A DNA stretch of 64,000 nucleotides, taken from contig OZ252098.1 of the NCBI GenBank assembly GCA_965248355.1, positions 2,112,001-2,176,000 of the forward strand. The letters are read 5' to 3'. The notes under the pieces are model-generated. The model was not told where the DNA came from. It made no database searches and was given only the letters and a program-made list of their open reading frames with translations. The translations under genes were made by a program, and so were the position numbers. The stretch comes from Candidatus Latescibacterota bacterium. GTDB taxonomy: Bacteria > Latescibacterota > UBA2968 > UBA8231. Below, in pieces: positions 29,844-39,994 of this stretch (position 1 is the first letter of the stretch; each line of letters starts with the position of its first letter).

Positions 29844-32474
29844 TCAGGACCGCTCTCCGGACACCGCGTCCGCCTGCTGCCGCCACCGACCCAGCAGCGC
29901 CAGGGCCTCCATGGGCGTGGTGCCGTCCAGATCGAGCTCCCGCAGCTCCTGCAGCATCCGGGAGGCCTCCGGCGGCGGCCGCTGGCCGAAGAGATCCATC
30001 TGGGAGGTATCCACGGGCCGTCCGCCGCTCCCGGGGGAGGCGGTGTCCCCCTGCTCGAGGCCCGCGAGGATCTCCTGGGCCCGGCGCAGCACGGCGCCGG
30101 GCATACCCGCCATGCGGGCCACGTGAATCCCGTAGCTGCGGTCGCAGGGGCCGGGGGCGAGGCGGTGGAGGAAGAGGATCCGGTCTCCCTCCTCGCGCAC
30201 CTGGACGTTGACGTTGCGCACCCGGTCCAGGCGGCCCTCCAGCTGCGTGAGCTCATGGTAGTGGGTGGCGAACAGCGTTCGGGGCCGGGCCAGGCCGTTG
30301 TCGTGGAGGTACTCGACGACGGCCCAGGCGAGGCTGAGCCCGTCGTAGGTGCTGGTGCCGCGGCCGAGCTCGTCCATCAGGATCAGGCTGCGGGGACCGG
30401 CGTTGTTGAGGATCGTGGAGGCCTCGTTCATCTCCACCATGAAGGTGCTCTCGCCCCGGGCGAGGTCATCGGAGGCGCCCACGCGGGTGAAGACCCGGTC
30501 CACGACCCCGACCCGGGCGCGGCGGGCGGGCACGAAGGCGCCCAACTGGGCGAGCACCACGATGAGCCCCACCTGGCGGATGATGGTCGACTTGCCGGCC
30601 ATGTTCGGTCCCGTGACCAGGAGGACCTGGTCGCCGTCGCAGTCGAGCCGCACGTCGTTGGGCACGAACCGGCCCTGCGGCAGCCGGCCCTCGACGACCG
30701 CATGGCGCCCCCCCTCGATCTCGATGACCTCGCCGTCGTCGACGAGGGGACGCACGTAGTCCCCGGCCACCGCCGCCTCGGCCAGCCCGGCGAGCACGTC
30801 GACGGCGGCCACCACCGCCGCGGCCTGCTGCACCTCGGCGGAGAACCGCGCCGCCTGATCGCGCAGATCGGCGAACAGCTCGGCCTCGAGGGCGCCGATG
30901 CGCTCGTCGGCCTGCAGGACCTTGGCCTCCTGCTCCTTCAGCTCGGGGGTGACGAAGCGCTCGGCGTTGGCCAGCGTCTGCTTGCGCGTGTAGTCCCCGG
31001 GCACGCGCTCCAGGTTCGCCTTGCTCACCTCGATGTAGTATCCGAAGACCTGGTTGAAACCGATCTTGAGGCTGCCGATCCCGGTGCGCCGGCGCTCGTC
31101 CGCCTGCAGCCGGGCGATCCACCGGCGTCCGCCGGAGGAGATCCCGCGCAGCTCGTCGAGGCCGGCGTCGTAGCCCTCGCGGATGACGCCGCCGTCGCCC
31201 ACGATGGCGGGGGGATCGTCCACCAGGCCCTTGCGCACCAGGGAGACGAGGGGTCCCAGGTCGGGCAGGTCGGGGCCGCAGAGTTGGCGCAGCAACTCGG
31301 CGTCGAAGGCCCCGGCCACGGCGGCGATGTCGGGAACGGCCTCCAGGGAGGAGGCCAGGCCGGCCAGGTCCCGGGGGGTGCCGCGGCGGCAGCAGAGGCG
31401 CGCCATCATTCGCTCCACGTCGCCGACGCGCTCCAGCTGTTCCCGCAGGCGGGCCCGCTCCGGACGCAGGGCGGCGAGGGCCCCCACGGCGTCGTGGCGG
31501 CGGCCGATCTCGGCGGGGTCCCGGAGAGGGGCGACCAGCCACCGCCGCAGCCGCCGGGCCCCCATGGGTGTGCACGTGCGGTCGATAACCTCCAGAAGCG
31601 ATCCCTCGCGGCCCCCGTCGTGCTGGTTGACGAGCAGCTCGAGGTTGCGCTGGGCGGTGGCGTCGAGGAGCAGGCAGCTCTCCCGGCGGCGCCGGCGCAG
31701 CCGCTGCACGTGCCCCACCGAGGAACGCTGGTTCTCGCGCAGGTAGGCGACGGCGGCGCCCGCGGCCCGCACGCCCAGGTCGAGGTCCTCGCAGTCGTAC
31801 CCCTTCAGGGAGCGGACGCCGAGCTGCTCCAGAAGCGCCTGGCGGGCCGTGTGGTATTCGAAGCGCCAGTCGTCGATGCGGGTGACGGCGGCCCCGGGCA
31901 GGGCCCGCTTCAGCCGCTCGAGACGGCTCGCCTCGAAGCCCTCGCCGACGACGAGCTCCGCCGGGGCCGAGCGTTCCAGCTCGTCGTCCAGGTCGGAGCC
32001 CGCCACCTCGTCCACGTCGAAGTCCCCGGTGGACAGGTCGACCCAGGCGATGCCGGCCGTCGGACCCTGGGCGCAGAAGCTGGCGATGAAGTTGTTGCGC
32101 TGGCCGTCGAGCATGCTGTCCGAGAGCGCCGTCCCGGGGGAGACGATCTCCACCACGTCGCGCTTGACGAGGCCCTTGGCCTTCTTCGGGTCCTCCACCT
32201 GCTCGCAGATCGCCACCTTGCGCCCCATGCCGATGAGGCGGGCCACGTAGCCCTCCATGGCGTGGTGGGGAACGCCGGCCAGGGGCACGTCGCCGGAGGT
32301 CTTGCCGTGGTTGCGGGAGGTGAGGGTCAGGCCGAGGAGACGGGACGCCTCGCGGGCGTCATCGAAGAACATCTCGTAGAAGTCTCCCATGCGGAAGAAC
32401 AGGATGGCGTCGTCGTGCTCGCGCTTGAAGCGCATGTACTGCTCCATCGCCGGCGACAACTTGGCTTCGGCCAT
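29844..32474 (-). CDS. mutS: DNA mismatch repair protein MutS
   Basis: FFRMGDFYEMF, RKQTLANAERF, TGPNMAGKST, ESTFMVEM, DELGRGTST, FATHYHEL, SYGIHVA. Confidence 0.97.
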   Translation of the reverse strand: MAEAKLSPAMEQYMRFKREHDDAILFFRMGDFYEMFFDDAREASRLLGLTLTSRNHGKTSGDVPLAGVPHHAMEGYVARLIGMGRKVAICEQVEDPKKAKGLVKRDVVEIVSPGTALSDSMLDGQRNNFIASFCAQGPTAGIAWVDLSTGDFDVDEVAGSDLDDELERSAPAELVVGEGFEASRLERLKRALPGAAVTRIDDWRFEYHTARQALLEQLGVRSLKGYDCEDLDLGVRAAGAAVAYLRENQRSSVGHVQRLRRRRRESCLLLDATAQRNLELLVNQHDGGREGSLLEVIDRTCTPMGARRLRRWLVAPLRDPAEIGRRHDAVGALAALRPERARLREQLERVGDVERMMARLCCRRGTPRDLAGLASSLEAVPDIAAVAGAFDAELLRQLCGPDLPDLGPLVSLVRKGLVDDPPAIVGDGGVIREGYDAGLDELRGISSGGRRWIARLQADERRRTGIGSLKIGFNQVFGYYIEVSKANLERVPGDYTRKQTLANAERFVTPELKEQEAKVLQADERIGALEAELFADLRDQAARFSAEVQQAAAVVAAVDVLAGLAEAAVAGDYVRPLVDDGEVIEIEGGRHAVVEGRLPQGRFVPNDVRLDCDGDQVLLVTGPNMAGKSTIIRQVGLIVVLAQLGAFVPARRARVGVVDRVFTRVGASDDLARGESTFMVEMNEASTILNNAGPRSLILMDELGRGTSTYDGLSLAWAVVEYLHDNGLARPRTLFATHYHELTQLEGRLDRVRNVNVQVREEGDRILFLHRLAPGPCDRSYGIHVARMAGMPGAVLRRAQEILAGLEQGDTASPGSGGRPVDTSQMDLFGQRPPPEASRMLQELRELDLDGTTPMEALALLGRWRQQADAVSGERS

Positions 32475-32505
32475 GGGCGCTAAGATAACCACCCCCCGGG
32501 ACACG

Positions 32506-32539
32506 AAAAGAGCGCGGCCGGACCCGGCCGGCCGCGCTC
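32506..32539 (-). terminator. Rho-independent terminator downstream of rpsA
   Basis: 12 bp perfect stem GAGCGCGGCCGG/CCGGCCGCGCTC, 6 nt loop, followed by TTTT on the minus strand. Confidence 0.8.
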
Positions 32540-32562
32540 CATCGATGCCGCAGGCCGGGGGC

Positions 32563-34341
32563 TCAGGCCGTCGTCTCCTCCTCCGCGTCGGCGTCGGCCC
32601 AGCTCTCCATCTCCTCGTCCTCGTCCTCGGGCTCCTCGGCCTCCTCCACCTCCCGGACCGGATGGGCGTCGGTGTAGGCGTCGACCTCGCTCTGGTCCTT
32701 GTCGCGCAGGTACTCGAGCACGCTGAGGACGATCTTCTTCTGCTCCTCGTCGAACTCGATCACCTTGAGCGGCACCTCCTGGCCGACCTCGAAGCTCTGA
32801 CGGGGGCTCTCCAGCCCCTCGATGGCGAGCTGCGACAGGGGAACGAACCCGTCCACGTCGTGCTCGAGGTTGACCACGATGCCGCGCTCGAGCATGCGCG
32901 ACACGGCGCCCTTCGTCTCGGTGCCGTCGGCGTAGGTGCGCACCAGCTGCGGCCAGGGGTTGTCGAAGGCCAGCTTGTGGCTCAGGGAGATGCGGCGGCG
33001 CTTCTTGTCGATGTCGGTGACCACCACCGGGATGACGTCGCCCTTCTTGAACATCTCGCTCGCCTGCCGGATGCGCCGCGTCCAGGACATGTCCGAGATG
33101 TGCACGAGACCGTCGATGCCCTCCTCGATCTCGACGAAGGCGCCAAAGTTGGTCAGGCTCTTCACCGTACCCTCCAGGCGGGTGCCGCCCGGATAGCGGT
33201 TGTCCAGGGTCTCCCACGGATCCGGATCGGTCTGCTTCATCCCCAGGGAGATCTTCTGGTTCTCCACGTCGAGCTTGAGGACCATCACCTCCACCTGGTC
33301 GCCGATGGAGACCACCTTGGAGGGGTGGCGCACGTGCTGGGTCCAGGACATCTCCGAGATGTGCACCAGGCCCTCGATGCCTTCCTCGAGCTCGACGAAG
33401 GCGCCGTAGTCGGTGATGCTGACCACCTTGCCCGGGGTCGTGGTGCCCTCGGGGTAGCGGCCGCCGATGTCCTCCCAGGGATGGGGCGTGAGCTGCTTGA
33501 GGCCGAGGGAGATGCGCTCCCGCTCGCGGTCGTAGTTGAGGACCTTGACACGGATGCGGTCGCCGATGGAGACCATCTCCGACGGGTGCGACACGCGGCC
33601 CCAGGACATGTCGGTGATGTGCAGCAGGCCGTCGAGGCCGCCCAGGTCGATGAAGGCGCCGAAGTCGGTGATGTTCTTGACCACGCCCTCGCGGGTCTGG
33701 CCGTCCTCGAGCTCCGCCACCAGTTCCTGGCGCATCTTCTCGCGCTCCTCCTCGAGAACGGAGCGCCGCGACACGACGATGTTCCGCCGCGCCTTGTTGA
33801 GCTTGATGATCTTGAACTCGTAATCGTTGCCGAGATACTGATCGAAGTTCTTCACCTGGCGGATGTCGATCTGCGATCCAGGCAGGAAGGCCTCGACGCC
33901 GAGGAGATCGACGACGATGCCCCCCTTGATGCGACGCATCAGCCGGCCGCGCACCGTCGTGCCGCCCTCGTGGGCGTCCTTGATGCTGTCCCAGACGCGC
34001 ATGAAGTCGGCCTTCTGCTTGGAGAGCACCACGCACCCTTCAAGGTCTTCCACGTTCTCCAGGAAGACGTCGATCTCCTGGCCGATGGCGATGGCCGAGG
34101 GATCGTCGCCGAACTCGCGGATCGGGATCGCTCCCTCCGACTTGAACCCGATGTCGACGAGGACGTCGCTGGGGTTGACGCTGACCACCTTCCCCTTGAC
34201 GATCTCGCCCTCCTTGATGCCGGAGAAGCTCTCCTCGTACATCTGGGCGAGCTGCTCGAACTCCTGCTCGTCGTACTCCGGCCGGTCGAGGTCCTCGATG
34301 CTGGCCTGCCCGTACACGGGCGCGGCGGTTTCTTCGGTCAT
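32563..34341 (-). CDS. rpsA: 30S ribosomal protein S1
   Basis: VDIGFKSEG, AFLPGSQID, repeated S1 domains (GAFVEL..GIEGLVHISEMSW). Confidence 0.97.
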   Translation of the reverse strand: MTEETAAPVYGQASIEDLDRPEYDEQEFEQLAQMYEESFSGIKEGEIVKGKVVSVNPSDVLVDIGFKSEGAIPIREFGDDPSAIAIGQEIDVFLENVEDLEGCVVLSKQKADFMRVWDSIKDAHEGGTTVRGRLMRRIKGGIVVDLLGVEAFLPGSQIDIRQVKNFDQYLGNDYEFKIIKLNKARRNIVVSRRSVLEEEREKMRQELVAELEDGQTREGVVKNITDFGAFIDLGGLDGLLHITDMSWGRVSHPSEMVSIGDRIRVKVLNYDRERERISLGLKQLTPHPWEDIGGRYPEGTTTPGKVVSITDYGAFVELEEGIEGLVHISEMSWTQHVRHPSKVVSIGDQVEVMVLKLDVENQKISLGMKQTDPDPWETLDNRYPGGTRLEGTVKSLTNFGAFVEIEEGIDGLVHISDMSWTRRIRQASEMFKKGDVIPVVVTDIDKKRRRISLSHKLAFDNPWPQLVRTYADGTETKGAVSRMLERGIVVNLEHDVDGFVPLSQLAIEGLESPRQSFEVGQEVPLKVIEFDEEQKKIVLSVLEYLRDKDQSEVDAYTDAHPVREVEEAEEPEDEDEEMESWADADAEEETTA

Positions 34342-34474
34342 TGGGCTTCTTCCACCTTCGGCTCCGGCGCCGTCCGTGAGGCCGGCCCCGGGGGGTTGTG
34401 GGCACCGGCCAGGGCCGGATACCCGGGGTTGATGAACCGGCGCGCCCTCGTGACGCGCCGGAGAAAGGGCCCTC

Positions 34475-35152
34475 TCAGGCGCCGCTCTCGCGGGCCAGGG
34501 CCACGATGCGGTCCACCACCTGATCGGCGGTCAGGCCGCTGGTGTCCACCTCCACGGCGTCCCCTGGGGCTGCTCCCTGAACGCCGTAGTCTCGCTCGGC
34601 GTCCTCCCGGTCGCGCCGGCGGATGTCGGCGCGCACCCGGGACAGCGTGATGCCCACGCCGGCGGCGAGGAACTCGCGGTGCCGGCGGCGGGCGCGTTCG
34701 TCCAGGTCGGCCACCATGCGAACCTTCAGATCGGCATGGGGAAACACGACCGTGCTCATGTCCCGGCCCTCGGCGACCACGCCGCCGGAGCGTCCCATCT
34801 CCCGCTGCCGCCGCACCAGGGCGCGGCGCACCACGGGATCGTTGGCGAAGGCGCCCACATCGCGCGAGACCTCGGGGCTGCGGATGGCCGCGCCCACATC
34901 CTCGCCGTCGAGGCGGATGCCCCCGCTCCCGCCGGCCGGCAGCTCCAGGCGCAGGCTCTCGAGGAACCCTTCGAGAGCGGCGGCCCCCGGCGCGAAGCCG
35001 CGGCGCGATGCGGCCAGGGCCACGGCCCGGTACATGGCGCCGGTGTCCAGATGGCGATAGCCGAGGGCGGCGGCCGCGCCCCGGGCGGCCGTGGACTTGC
35101 CGGCCCCGATGACTCCGTCGATAGCGATCGTCAGCCCCCCCGCCCCGGTCAC
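34475..35152 (-). CDS. cmk: Cytidylate kinase
   Basis: IAIDG..GAGKST, LDTGAMYRAV, VAEGRD..TVVFP, RRDRED; upstream of rpsA. Confidence 0.92.
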   Translation of the reverse strand: MTGAGGLTIAIDGVIGAGKSTAARGAAAALGYRHLDTGAMYRAVALAASRRGFAPGAAALEGFLESLRLELPAGGSGGIRLDGEDVGAAIRSPEVSRDVGAFANDPVVRRALVRRQREMGRSGGVVAEGRDMSTVVFPHADLKVRMVADLDERARRRHREFLAAGVGITLSRVRADIRRRDREDAERDYGVQGAAPGDAVEVDTSGLTADQVVDRIVALARESGA

Positions 35153-35880
35153 GGCTCCGATTCCAGGCCCACGAGGCGGCGGACCCGCGCCACCTCCGCC
35201 GGGCGCAGGCGGCGCCACTGACCGGCCCGCAGGTCGCCGAGAGCCACGCCGGCGAAGCTCTGCCGCCGCAAGCTCGTCACGCGGTGGCCGATGGCCATGC
35301 ACATGCGCTTGACCTGGTGCTTGCGGCCCTCGGTCAGGATCAGCTCGATTCTCCCCCGGCCGTCGGCGGTCTCTCCAAGATACCGCACGCCGGCCGGAGC
35401 GGTCGGCCCGTCCTCGAGCTCGAGTCCGCGCCGCAGCCGTTGCAGGGCCCGTTCGCCCGGGCTCCCCTGCACCACGGCCACGTAGCGCTTCTCGACGCCG
35501 AAGCGCGGGTGGGTCAGGCGGTAGGCCAGCTCGCCGTCGTCGGTGAGCAGCAGCGCCCCCGTCGTGTCCCGGTCGAGGCGTCCCACGGCCACCGTCGAAG
35601 GCCGCAGCCGGAGTCCGTCGTAGACCGTGCGCCGGCCGCGCTCGTCGCGGCTCGTGACGAGAGTGTCGCGGCGCTTGTGCAGCAGGACGTGCTCGAAGCC
35701 GTCGGGCAGGGCCACCCGGCCCCGTCCCTCGAGCTCCACGCGGTCCCGGGCGGGGTCGATGCGGTCCCCCGGCCCCGCCGCCGGAGCCCCGTTGACGCGC
35801 ACGGCGCCGGCGGAGATCAACGCGGCACACCGCCGCCGGGAGGCCACGCCGGCGCGGGCGAGGAAGCGGTTGAGCTGCAT
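35149..35880 (-). CDS. rluB: RluB/RsuA-family pseudouridine synthase
   Basis: LNRFLARAGVASRR (S4), VGRLDRDTTG, EGRKHQVKRM; downstream of scpB. Confidence 0.88.
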   Translation of the reverse strand: MQLNRFLARAGVASRRRCAALISAGAVRVNGAPAAGPGDRIDPARDRVELEGRGRVALPDGFEHVLLHKRRDTLVTSRDERGRRTVYDGLRLRPSTVAVGRLDRDTTGALLLTDDGELAYRLTHPRFGVEKRYVAVVQGSPGERALQRLRRGLELEDGPTAPAGVRYLGETADGRGRIELILTEGRKHQVKRMCMAIGHRVTSLRRQSFAGVALGDLRAGQWRRLRPAEVARVRRLVGLESEP

Positions 35881-35899
35881 CCCGTCGGCCCGGGCGCCT

Positions 35900-36577
35900 T
35901 CAGCTTCGGCTGTCCTCGCCACTTCCCTCCTCGATCCGGCCTCCCACCTCCGGCAGATCCTCCTCCGACGAGCCGGGCTCCGCGGCGACGTCCTCCAAGC
36001 GGCCGTTGCCCGAGTCTTCGCGCGCCTTGCGCTCGCCCTCGGCCAGCAGCTCCTCGAGCTCCTTCGGCTTCGGCAGATCGGCCAGCGAGCGCAGGCCGAA
36101 GTGGGTCATGAAGTCCCGGGTGGTGCCGAACAGCATGGGGCGGCCGAGACCCTCGGAGCGGCCCACGATGCGTACGAGATTGAGATCCAGCAGGTTGCGG
36201 ACGACGCCGGCCGAATCGACGCCGCGGAGGTTGTCGACCTCGATGCGGGTGACGGGCTGCTTGAAGGCGACGATGGCGAGCGTCTCGAGGGCCGCCTGGG
36301 AGAGGCGCACGTGGCTGCGGTCGTGGAACTTGCGCAGCCAGGGAGCGAACTCCTTGAGGGTGACCAGCTGGTAGCCGCCGGCGACCTCGGCGATGGTCAT
36401 GGCGTGACCGCCCTCCCGGTAGCGCTCGTTGAGATCGGTCACGGCCTGGCGCAGCTGCGATCCCTTGACGCCCTTGAGGACGGCCTCCAGCCGGCCCGGG
36501 GTGACCGGGGTGTCGGCCGTCATGAGCACCGCCTCGACGATGCCGCGCACCTGCCCTGGATCGAGGGGCCCGCTCAC
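35900..36577 (-). CDS. scpB: SMC-Scp complex subunit ScpB
   Basis: LSQAALETLAIVAFKQPVTR, RGVDS, GRPMLFGTT, GLRSLADLP. Confidence 0.93.
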   Translation of the reverse strand: MSGPLDPGQVRGIVEAVLMTADTPVTPGRLEAVLKGVKGSQLRQAVTDLNERYREGGHAMTIAEVAGGYQLVTLKEFAPWLRKFHDRSHVRLSQAALETLAIVAFKQPVTRIEVDNLRGVDSAGVVRNLLDLNLVRIVGRSEGLGRPMLFGTTRDFMTHFGLRSLADLPKPKELEELLAEGERKAREDSGNGRLEDVAAEPGSSEEDLPEVGGRIEEGSGEDSRS

Positions 36578-37374
36578 GCAACCCCCCCGCCGGGCGGGGA
36601 GTCGGAGGCCGCCGGGGCCTCCTCGGGCCCGCCGTGGCCGCTCTCGATCCAGATGTCGCCGAAGGGCCGCGCCTGCTGCACCTGGATGCGCTGGGACTTG
36701 AGCAGCTCGAGGAGGCTGATGAAGGTGACCACCAGGTCGTGCCGGCTCCGGCCGGTCACCAGGTCGTGGAACCGGAGGCGGGAGCGGCGGCGCACCTCGC
36801 CGATGATCTGGTCGATGCACTCCTCCACCGTGACCCGTTCCTCCACGATGCGGTGGACCAGGGAGCGGGGCACGTTGTCGATGACGTGCTGGTAGACCTT
36901 GAGCAGGTCGAAGAGCGAGACCGGGTGCAGACCGGCCTCGGCGTCTCCGGGGCGGCCGCTGCGGCGGTAGACGTGGCGCTGCTCGAGACCCGCGTCGGAG
37001 AGCCAGTGGGCGATCTCCTTGAACTGCTGGTACTCCAGCAGCCGGCGGACCAGCTCCTCCCTTGGATCGCCCCCGCTCTCGTCGTCGACCTCCCCGCCGG
37101 TCTCGCGGGGCAGCAGCATCTGCGACTTGATCTGCATCAGGGTCGCCGCCATGAGGACGAAGCCGGCGGCCCCTTCGAGATCGAGCAGGTCGACCTCGGA
37201 TCGAAGCAGGGCGAGGTACTGGGCCGTGATCGTCGACACGGGGATGTCGTAGATGTCCACCTCGTTCCTGCGAATGAGGTAGAGCAGCAGGTCGAGGGGC
37301 CCCTCGAAGACCTCGAGCCTGACGCCGTAGGGGTCGAGGGGGCCGCCGGACTCGGGGGGGATCGGCTCAGTCAA
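36574..37374 (-). CDS. scpA: SMC-Scp complex subunit ScpA
   Basis: FEGPLDLLLYLI, IYDIP, MAATL..IKS..LLP, DPREELVRRLLEY; start approximate (TTG). Confidence 0.93.
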   Translation of the reverse strand: MTEPIPPESGGPLDPYGVRLEVFEGPLDLLLYLIRRNEVDIYDIPVSTITAQYLALLRSEVDLLDLEGAAGFVLMAATLMQIKSQMLLPRETGGEVDDESGGDPREELVRRLLEYQQFKEIAHWLSDAGLEQRHVYRRSGRPGDAEAGLHPVSLFDLLKVYQHVIDNVPRSLVHRIVEERVTVEECIDQIIGEVRRRSRLRFHDLVTGRSRHDLVVTFISLLELLKSQRIQVQQARPFGDIWIESGHGGPEEAPAASDSPPGGGVA

Positions 37375-37915
37375 GAAAGAGGTAGGGCTTCCACCGGTGG
37401 TCGGGGACACCCACGTAGTTGCGGATGAAGGTGATGTTGTTCGGGCGCTTCGGCTTGCGGCGCAGCCGGAGGCCCGCCTGCTCCAGCGGCCGGTCGCCCT
37501 TGCGGGCGTTGCAGGCCACGCAGGCCGTGACCAGGTTTTCCCAGGTCTCCGGACCCCTGTGCTTCCTGGGCACCACGTGGTCGATCGTCATCTTGCGATC
37601 GGCGACCCCGCAGTACTGGCACTCGTAGTTGTCGCGCTTGAAAATGTTGCGCTTGGAGAGCACCACCCGTCGCCGGGGCGCGCGGATGTAGCGCTCGAGA
37701 CGGACGACGCTGGGCACCGGAAAGGAGTCGGACACGGAGCGCACGCGCCGGTCGGCGGGCTCGACGCTGATCGCCTTGCCGCCGAAGACGAGACTCAGGG
37801 CCCGGCGGACGGAACAGACGTTGAGGGGCTCGTAGTTCTGGTTCAGCACGAGGACCGCCTCGTCGAGGACGGGGGCCTGCCTCTGGGCGGCGCTATGGTG
37901 AATGGCGCGGATCAT
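37367..37915 (-). CDS. HNH endonuclease (McrA-like)
   Basis: VLVLNQNYEPL, RDNYECQYCG, TIDHVVP, WENLVTAC..CN..KG. Confidence 0.9.
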   Translation of the reverse strand: MIRAIHHSAAQRQAPVLDEAVLVLNQNYEPLNVCSVRRALSLVFGGKAISVEPADRRVRSVSDSFPVPSVVRLERYIRAPRRRVVLSKRNIFKRDNYECQYCGVADRKMTIDHVVPRKHRGPETWENLVTACVACNARKGDRPLEQAGLRLRRKPKRPNNITFIRNYVGVPDHRWKPYLFLD

Positions 37916-37977
37916 CCCATATCCCGCACAATCAAGGGGAATCCGCGCACATCGTCAATGGCGGTCCGGAGCCGGGC

Positions 37978-38376
37978 TCAGGCGTTCTCGATGAATTCGG
38001 CGTACTCGGAAGGTCCCAGCAGGTCGGCGATCTCCTCCGGGTCGTCGATACGGACCTTGATGAGCCAGCCGTCGCCGTAAGGGTCGCCGTTCACCTGCTC
38101 GGCGCTGTCCTCGAGGGTCTCGTTGACCTCCAGGACCTGGCAGCTCACGGGGGAGAACAGCTCCTCCACCGTCTTGACCGCCTCCACCGTGCCGAAGGCC
38201 TGGCCCTTCTCCAACGTGTCGCCCACCTGGGGCAGCTCGACGAAGACGATGTCCCCGAGCTCGGACTGGGCGTAGTCCGTGAGGCCGATGGTGCCCAGAT
38301 CTCCGTCGAGGGAGATCCACTCGTGCTGCTCGGTGTAGCGGAGGTCGTCGGGGACCCTGGTTTCCGACTCTGCCAT
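37978..38376 (-). CDS. gcvH: Glycine cleavage system H protein
   Basis: YTEQHEW, GLTDYAQSELGDIVFVELP, VEAVK (lipoyl Lys), DPYGDGWL; AAAGGAG RBS. Confidence 0.95.
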   Translation of the reverse strand: MAESETRVPDDLRYTEQHEWISLDGDLGTIGLTDYAQSELGDIVFVELPQVGDTLEKGQAFGTVEAVKTVEELFSPVSCQVLEVNETLEDSAEQVNGDPYGDGWLIKVRIDDPEEIADLLGPSEYAEFIENA

Positions 38377-38494
38377 GGTCGCTCCTTTCGGATGGCGGGT
38401 CAGAGGGTGACGGGGCGGCGAGCCGGCGTCGCTGGATTCCCGCTGATCGTATTCCAATGGCCCGACTCGGGCAACACGATGGGGGCTTCCTGCT

Positions 38495-39055
38495 CTAATA
38501 GACCCGCTCGACGTAGTCGCCGGTGCGGGTGTCGATCTTCAGCGTGTCCCCCCGATTGACGAACAGGGGCACCGAGACCACGGCCCCGGTCTCGAGGGTG
38601 GCCGGCTTGACCGCCCCGGTGGCGGTATCGCCCTTCACCCCCGGTTCGGTGTGGGCCACCTTTAGCTGCACGAAGTTGGGCAGCTCCACGCCGATGGGCT
38701 TCCCCTCGACGACCATGACATAGGCGGTCTCGTTCTCCTGCAGCAGCCCGGCCGAGTCGGCGAGCAGATCCGCGTCGAGGCCGACCTGCTCGTAGGTCTC
38801 CGAATCCATGAAGTGGAAGGTGCCCGTATCCGAGTAGAGGAACTGCATCTCCCTCTTCTCGAGGCGGATCGCGTCCACCTTGTCGCCGGAGCGGAAGGTG
38901 CGGTCGATGACGGAGCCCGTGCTCAGGTTCTTCAAGCGCGTGCGCACGAAGGCGCCGCCCTTGCCCGGCTTGACGTGCTGAAACTCGACGATGGAAAACA
39001 GGCCGCCGTCGAGTCGCATGGTGAATCCGTTGCGGAAGTTCGTCGTGTCGGCCAT
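38495..39055 (-). CDS. efp: Translation elongation factor P
   Basis: HVKPGKGGAFVR, PGVKGDTA, KPATLETG, VPLFV, IDTRTGDY. Confidence 0.97.
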   Translation of the reverse strand: MADTTNFRNGFTMRLDGGLFSIVEFQHVKPGKGGAFVRTRLKNLSTGSVIDRTFRSGDKVDAIRLEKREMQFLYSDTGTFHFMDSETYEQVGLDADLLADSAGLLQENETAYVMVVEGKPIGVELPNFVQLKVAHTEPGVKGDTATGAVKPATLETGAVVSVPLFVNRGDTLKIDTRTGDYVERVY

Positions 39056-39065
39056 CTCTCTCTTC

Positions 39066-39833
39066 TCAGGTGGCGGTCAGCGCCTCGGCGCCGCGCCGGG
39101 CGTCCTGGTTGCCGGGGTCGACGGACAGCACGCGCCGGTAGGTCTCCAGGGCCTGCTCGGGGAATCCCTGCCGGGCGTACAGCCGGGCCAGGGTCACCGT
39201 GGGCACCGGACCCCGCTCGTCCATCTCCCCTTCCGCCGGTTCCCCTCCCGCCTCTTCGGGCCTGTCGATGTCCTGCAGCAGCGTCGTCAGCTCGGCGTCC
39301 TCCGGCGCGCCGAAGCGGGAGACGGAGGGCTTCGAGTCGGGCCCGACGGCGGGCGCCGGCCGCGACGCGGACGACGGGGAGCCGGGCGGCGGGCCGGGCC
39401 CGGCCACCGGGTCGCCGTCCGCCTCCCGGGGTTGCGCCTCGAAGGCCGGCGACGACAGCTCGCGCGCCAGCCGGGGGCTCAACGGGTCGAGGACGGCCGC
39501 CCGCTCCAGGCACTCGAGGGCTCGCCTCTCCTCGCCGAGCCGGCGGTGGACCCCGGCCAGCTGCCGGAGCCCGGCGGGGTTGTCGGCATCGAGGTGAAGC
39601 CCCCGGTCGAGGGCGGAGCGGGCCTGCTGCCACATCCCCCGCGACGCGTAGCAGCGGCCGAGGACGAAGAAGCCGGTGGGGTAGCGGGGAAAGCGCTCGC
39701 ACCCCTCCTCGCAGAGGGTCTGGGCGCGCAGCGCCCGCCCCTTGCGCAGGTACTCGTCGGCCAAGCGCGCGAACAAGGGAACCTGGGGAAAGCGCCGGAA
39801 GGCCTTCTCCACCTTGCTGGTGCGTGCGAACAC
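39066..39833 (-). CDS. TPR-containing conserved protein
   Basis: FARLADEY, N-terminal TPR helices, low-complexity linker, C-terminal TVTLARLYARQG. Confidence 0.75.
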   Translation of the reverse strand: MFARTSKVEKAFRRFPQVPLFARLADEYLRKGRALRAQTLCEEGCERFPRYPTGFFVLGRCYASRGMWQQARSALDRGLHLDADNPAGLRQLAGVHRRLGEERRALECLERAAVLDPLSPRLARELSSPAFEAQPREADGDPVAGPGPPPGSPSSASRPAPAVGPDSKPSVSRFGAPEDAELTTLLQDIDRPEEAGGEPAEGEMDERGPVPTVTLARLYARQGFPEQALETYRRVLSVDPGNQDARRGAEALTAT

Positions 39834-39922
39834 CAGCTGTCTCAGCAGCCTGTGGACGAGCGAATTCGGGGCACGGAAACGACCTGCCTCTGCGGCTGTC
39901 AGGGGATTTTGGACAGCCTTCG

Positions 39923-39951
39923 ATTCTACGCCGGAGGCGTCGGATTGTCAA
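39923..39951 (-). promoter_or_regulatory. Sigma70-type promoter facing the TPR-efp operon
   Basis: TTGACA-17 nt-TAGAAT on the minus strand. Confidence 0.8.
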
Positions 39952-39994
39952 ACTCGGACAATCACTTGCAGGTCCGTGGCAAGACCCGGGGAGG

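Noticed and set aside
37367..37915. HNH nuclease next to scpAB as a Wadjet-like or other defence system
   Set aside because: ScpA/ScpB are canonical and sit in the usual scpA-scpB-rluB-cmk-rpsA context; no SMC-like JetC or JetD nearby
37930..37960. TTGACG upstream of the HNH gene as an internal promoter
   Set aside because: No acceptable -10 hexamer at 16-18 nt spacing
38377..38494. Possible glycine riboswitch or accB remnant between efp and gcvH
   Set aside because: No glycine aptamer core motifs seen; the PLEYDQ resemblance to AccB is only six residues and could be chance
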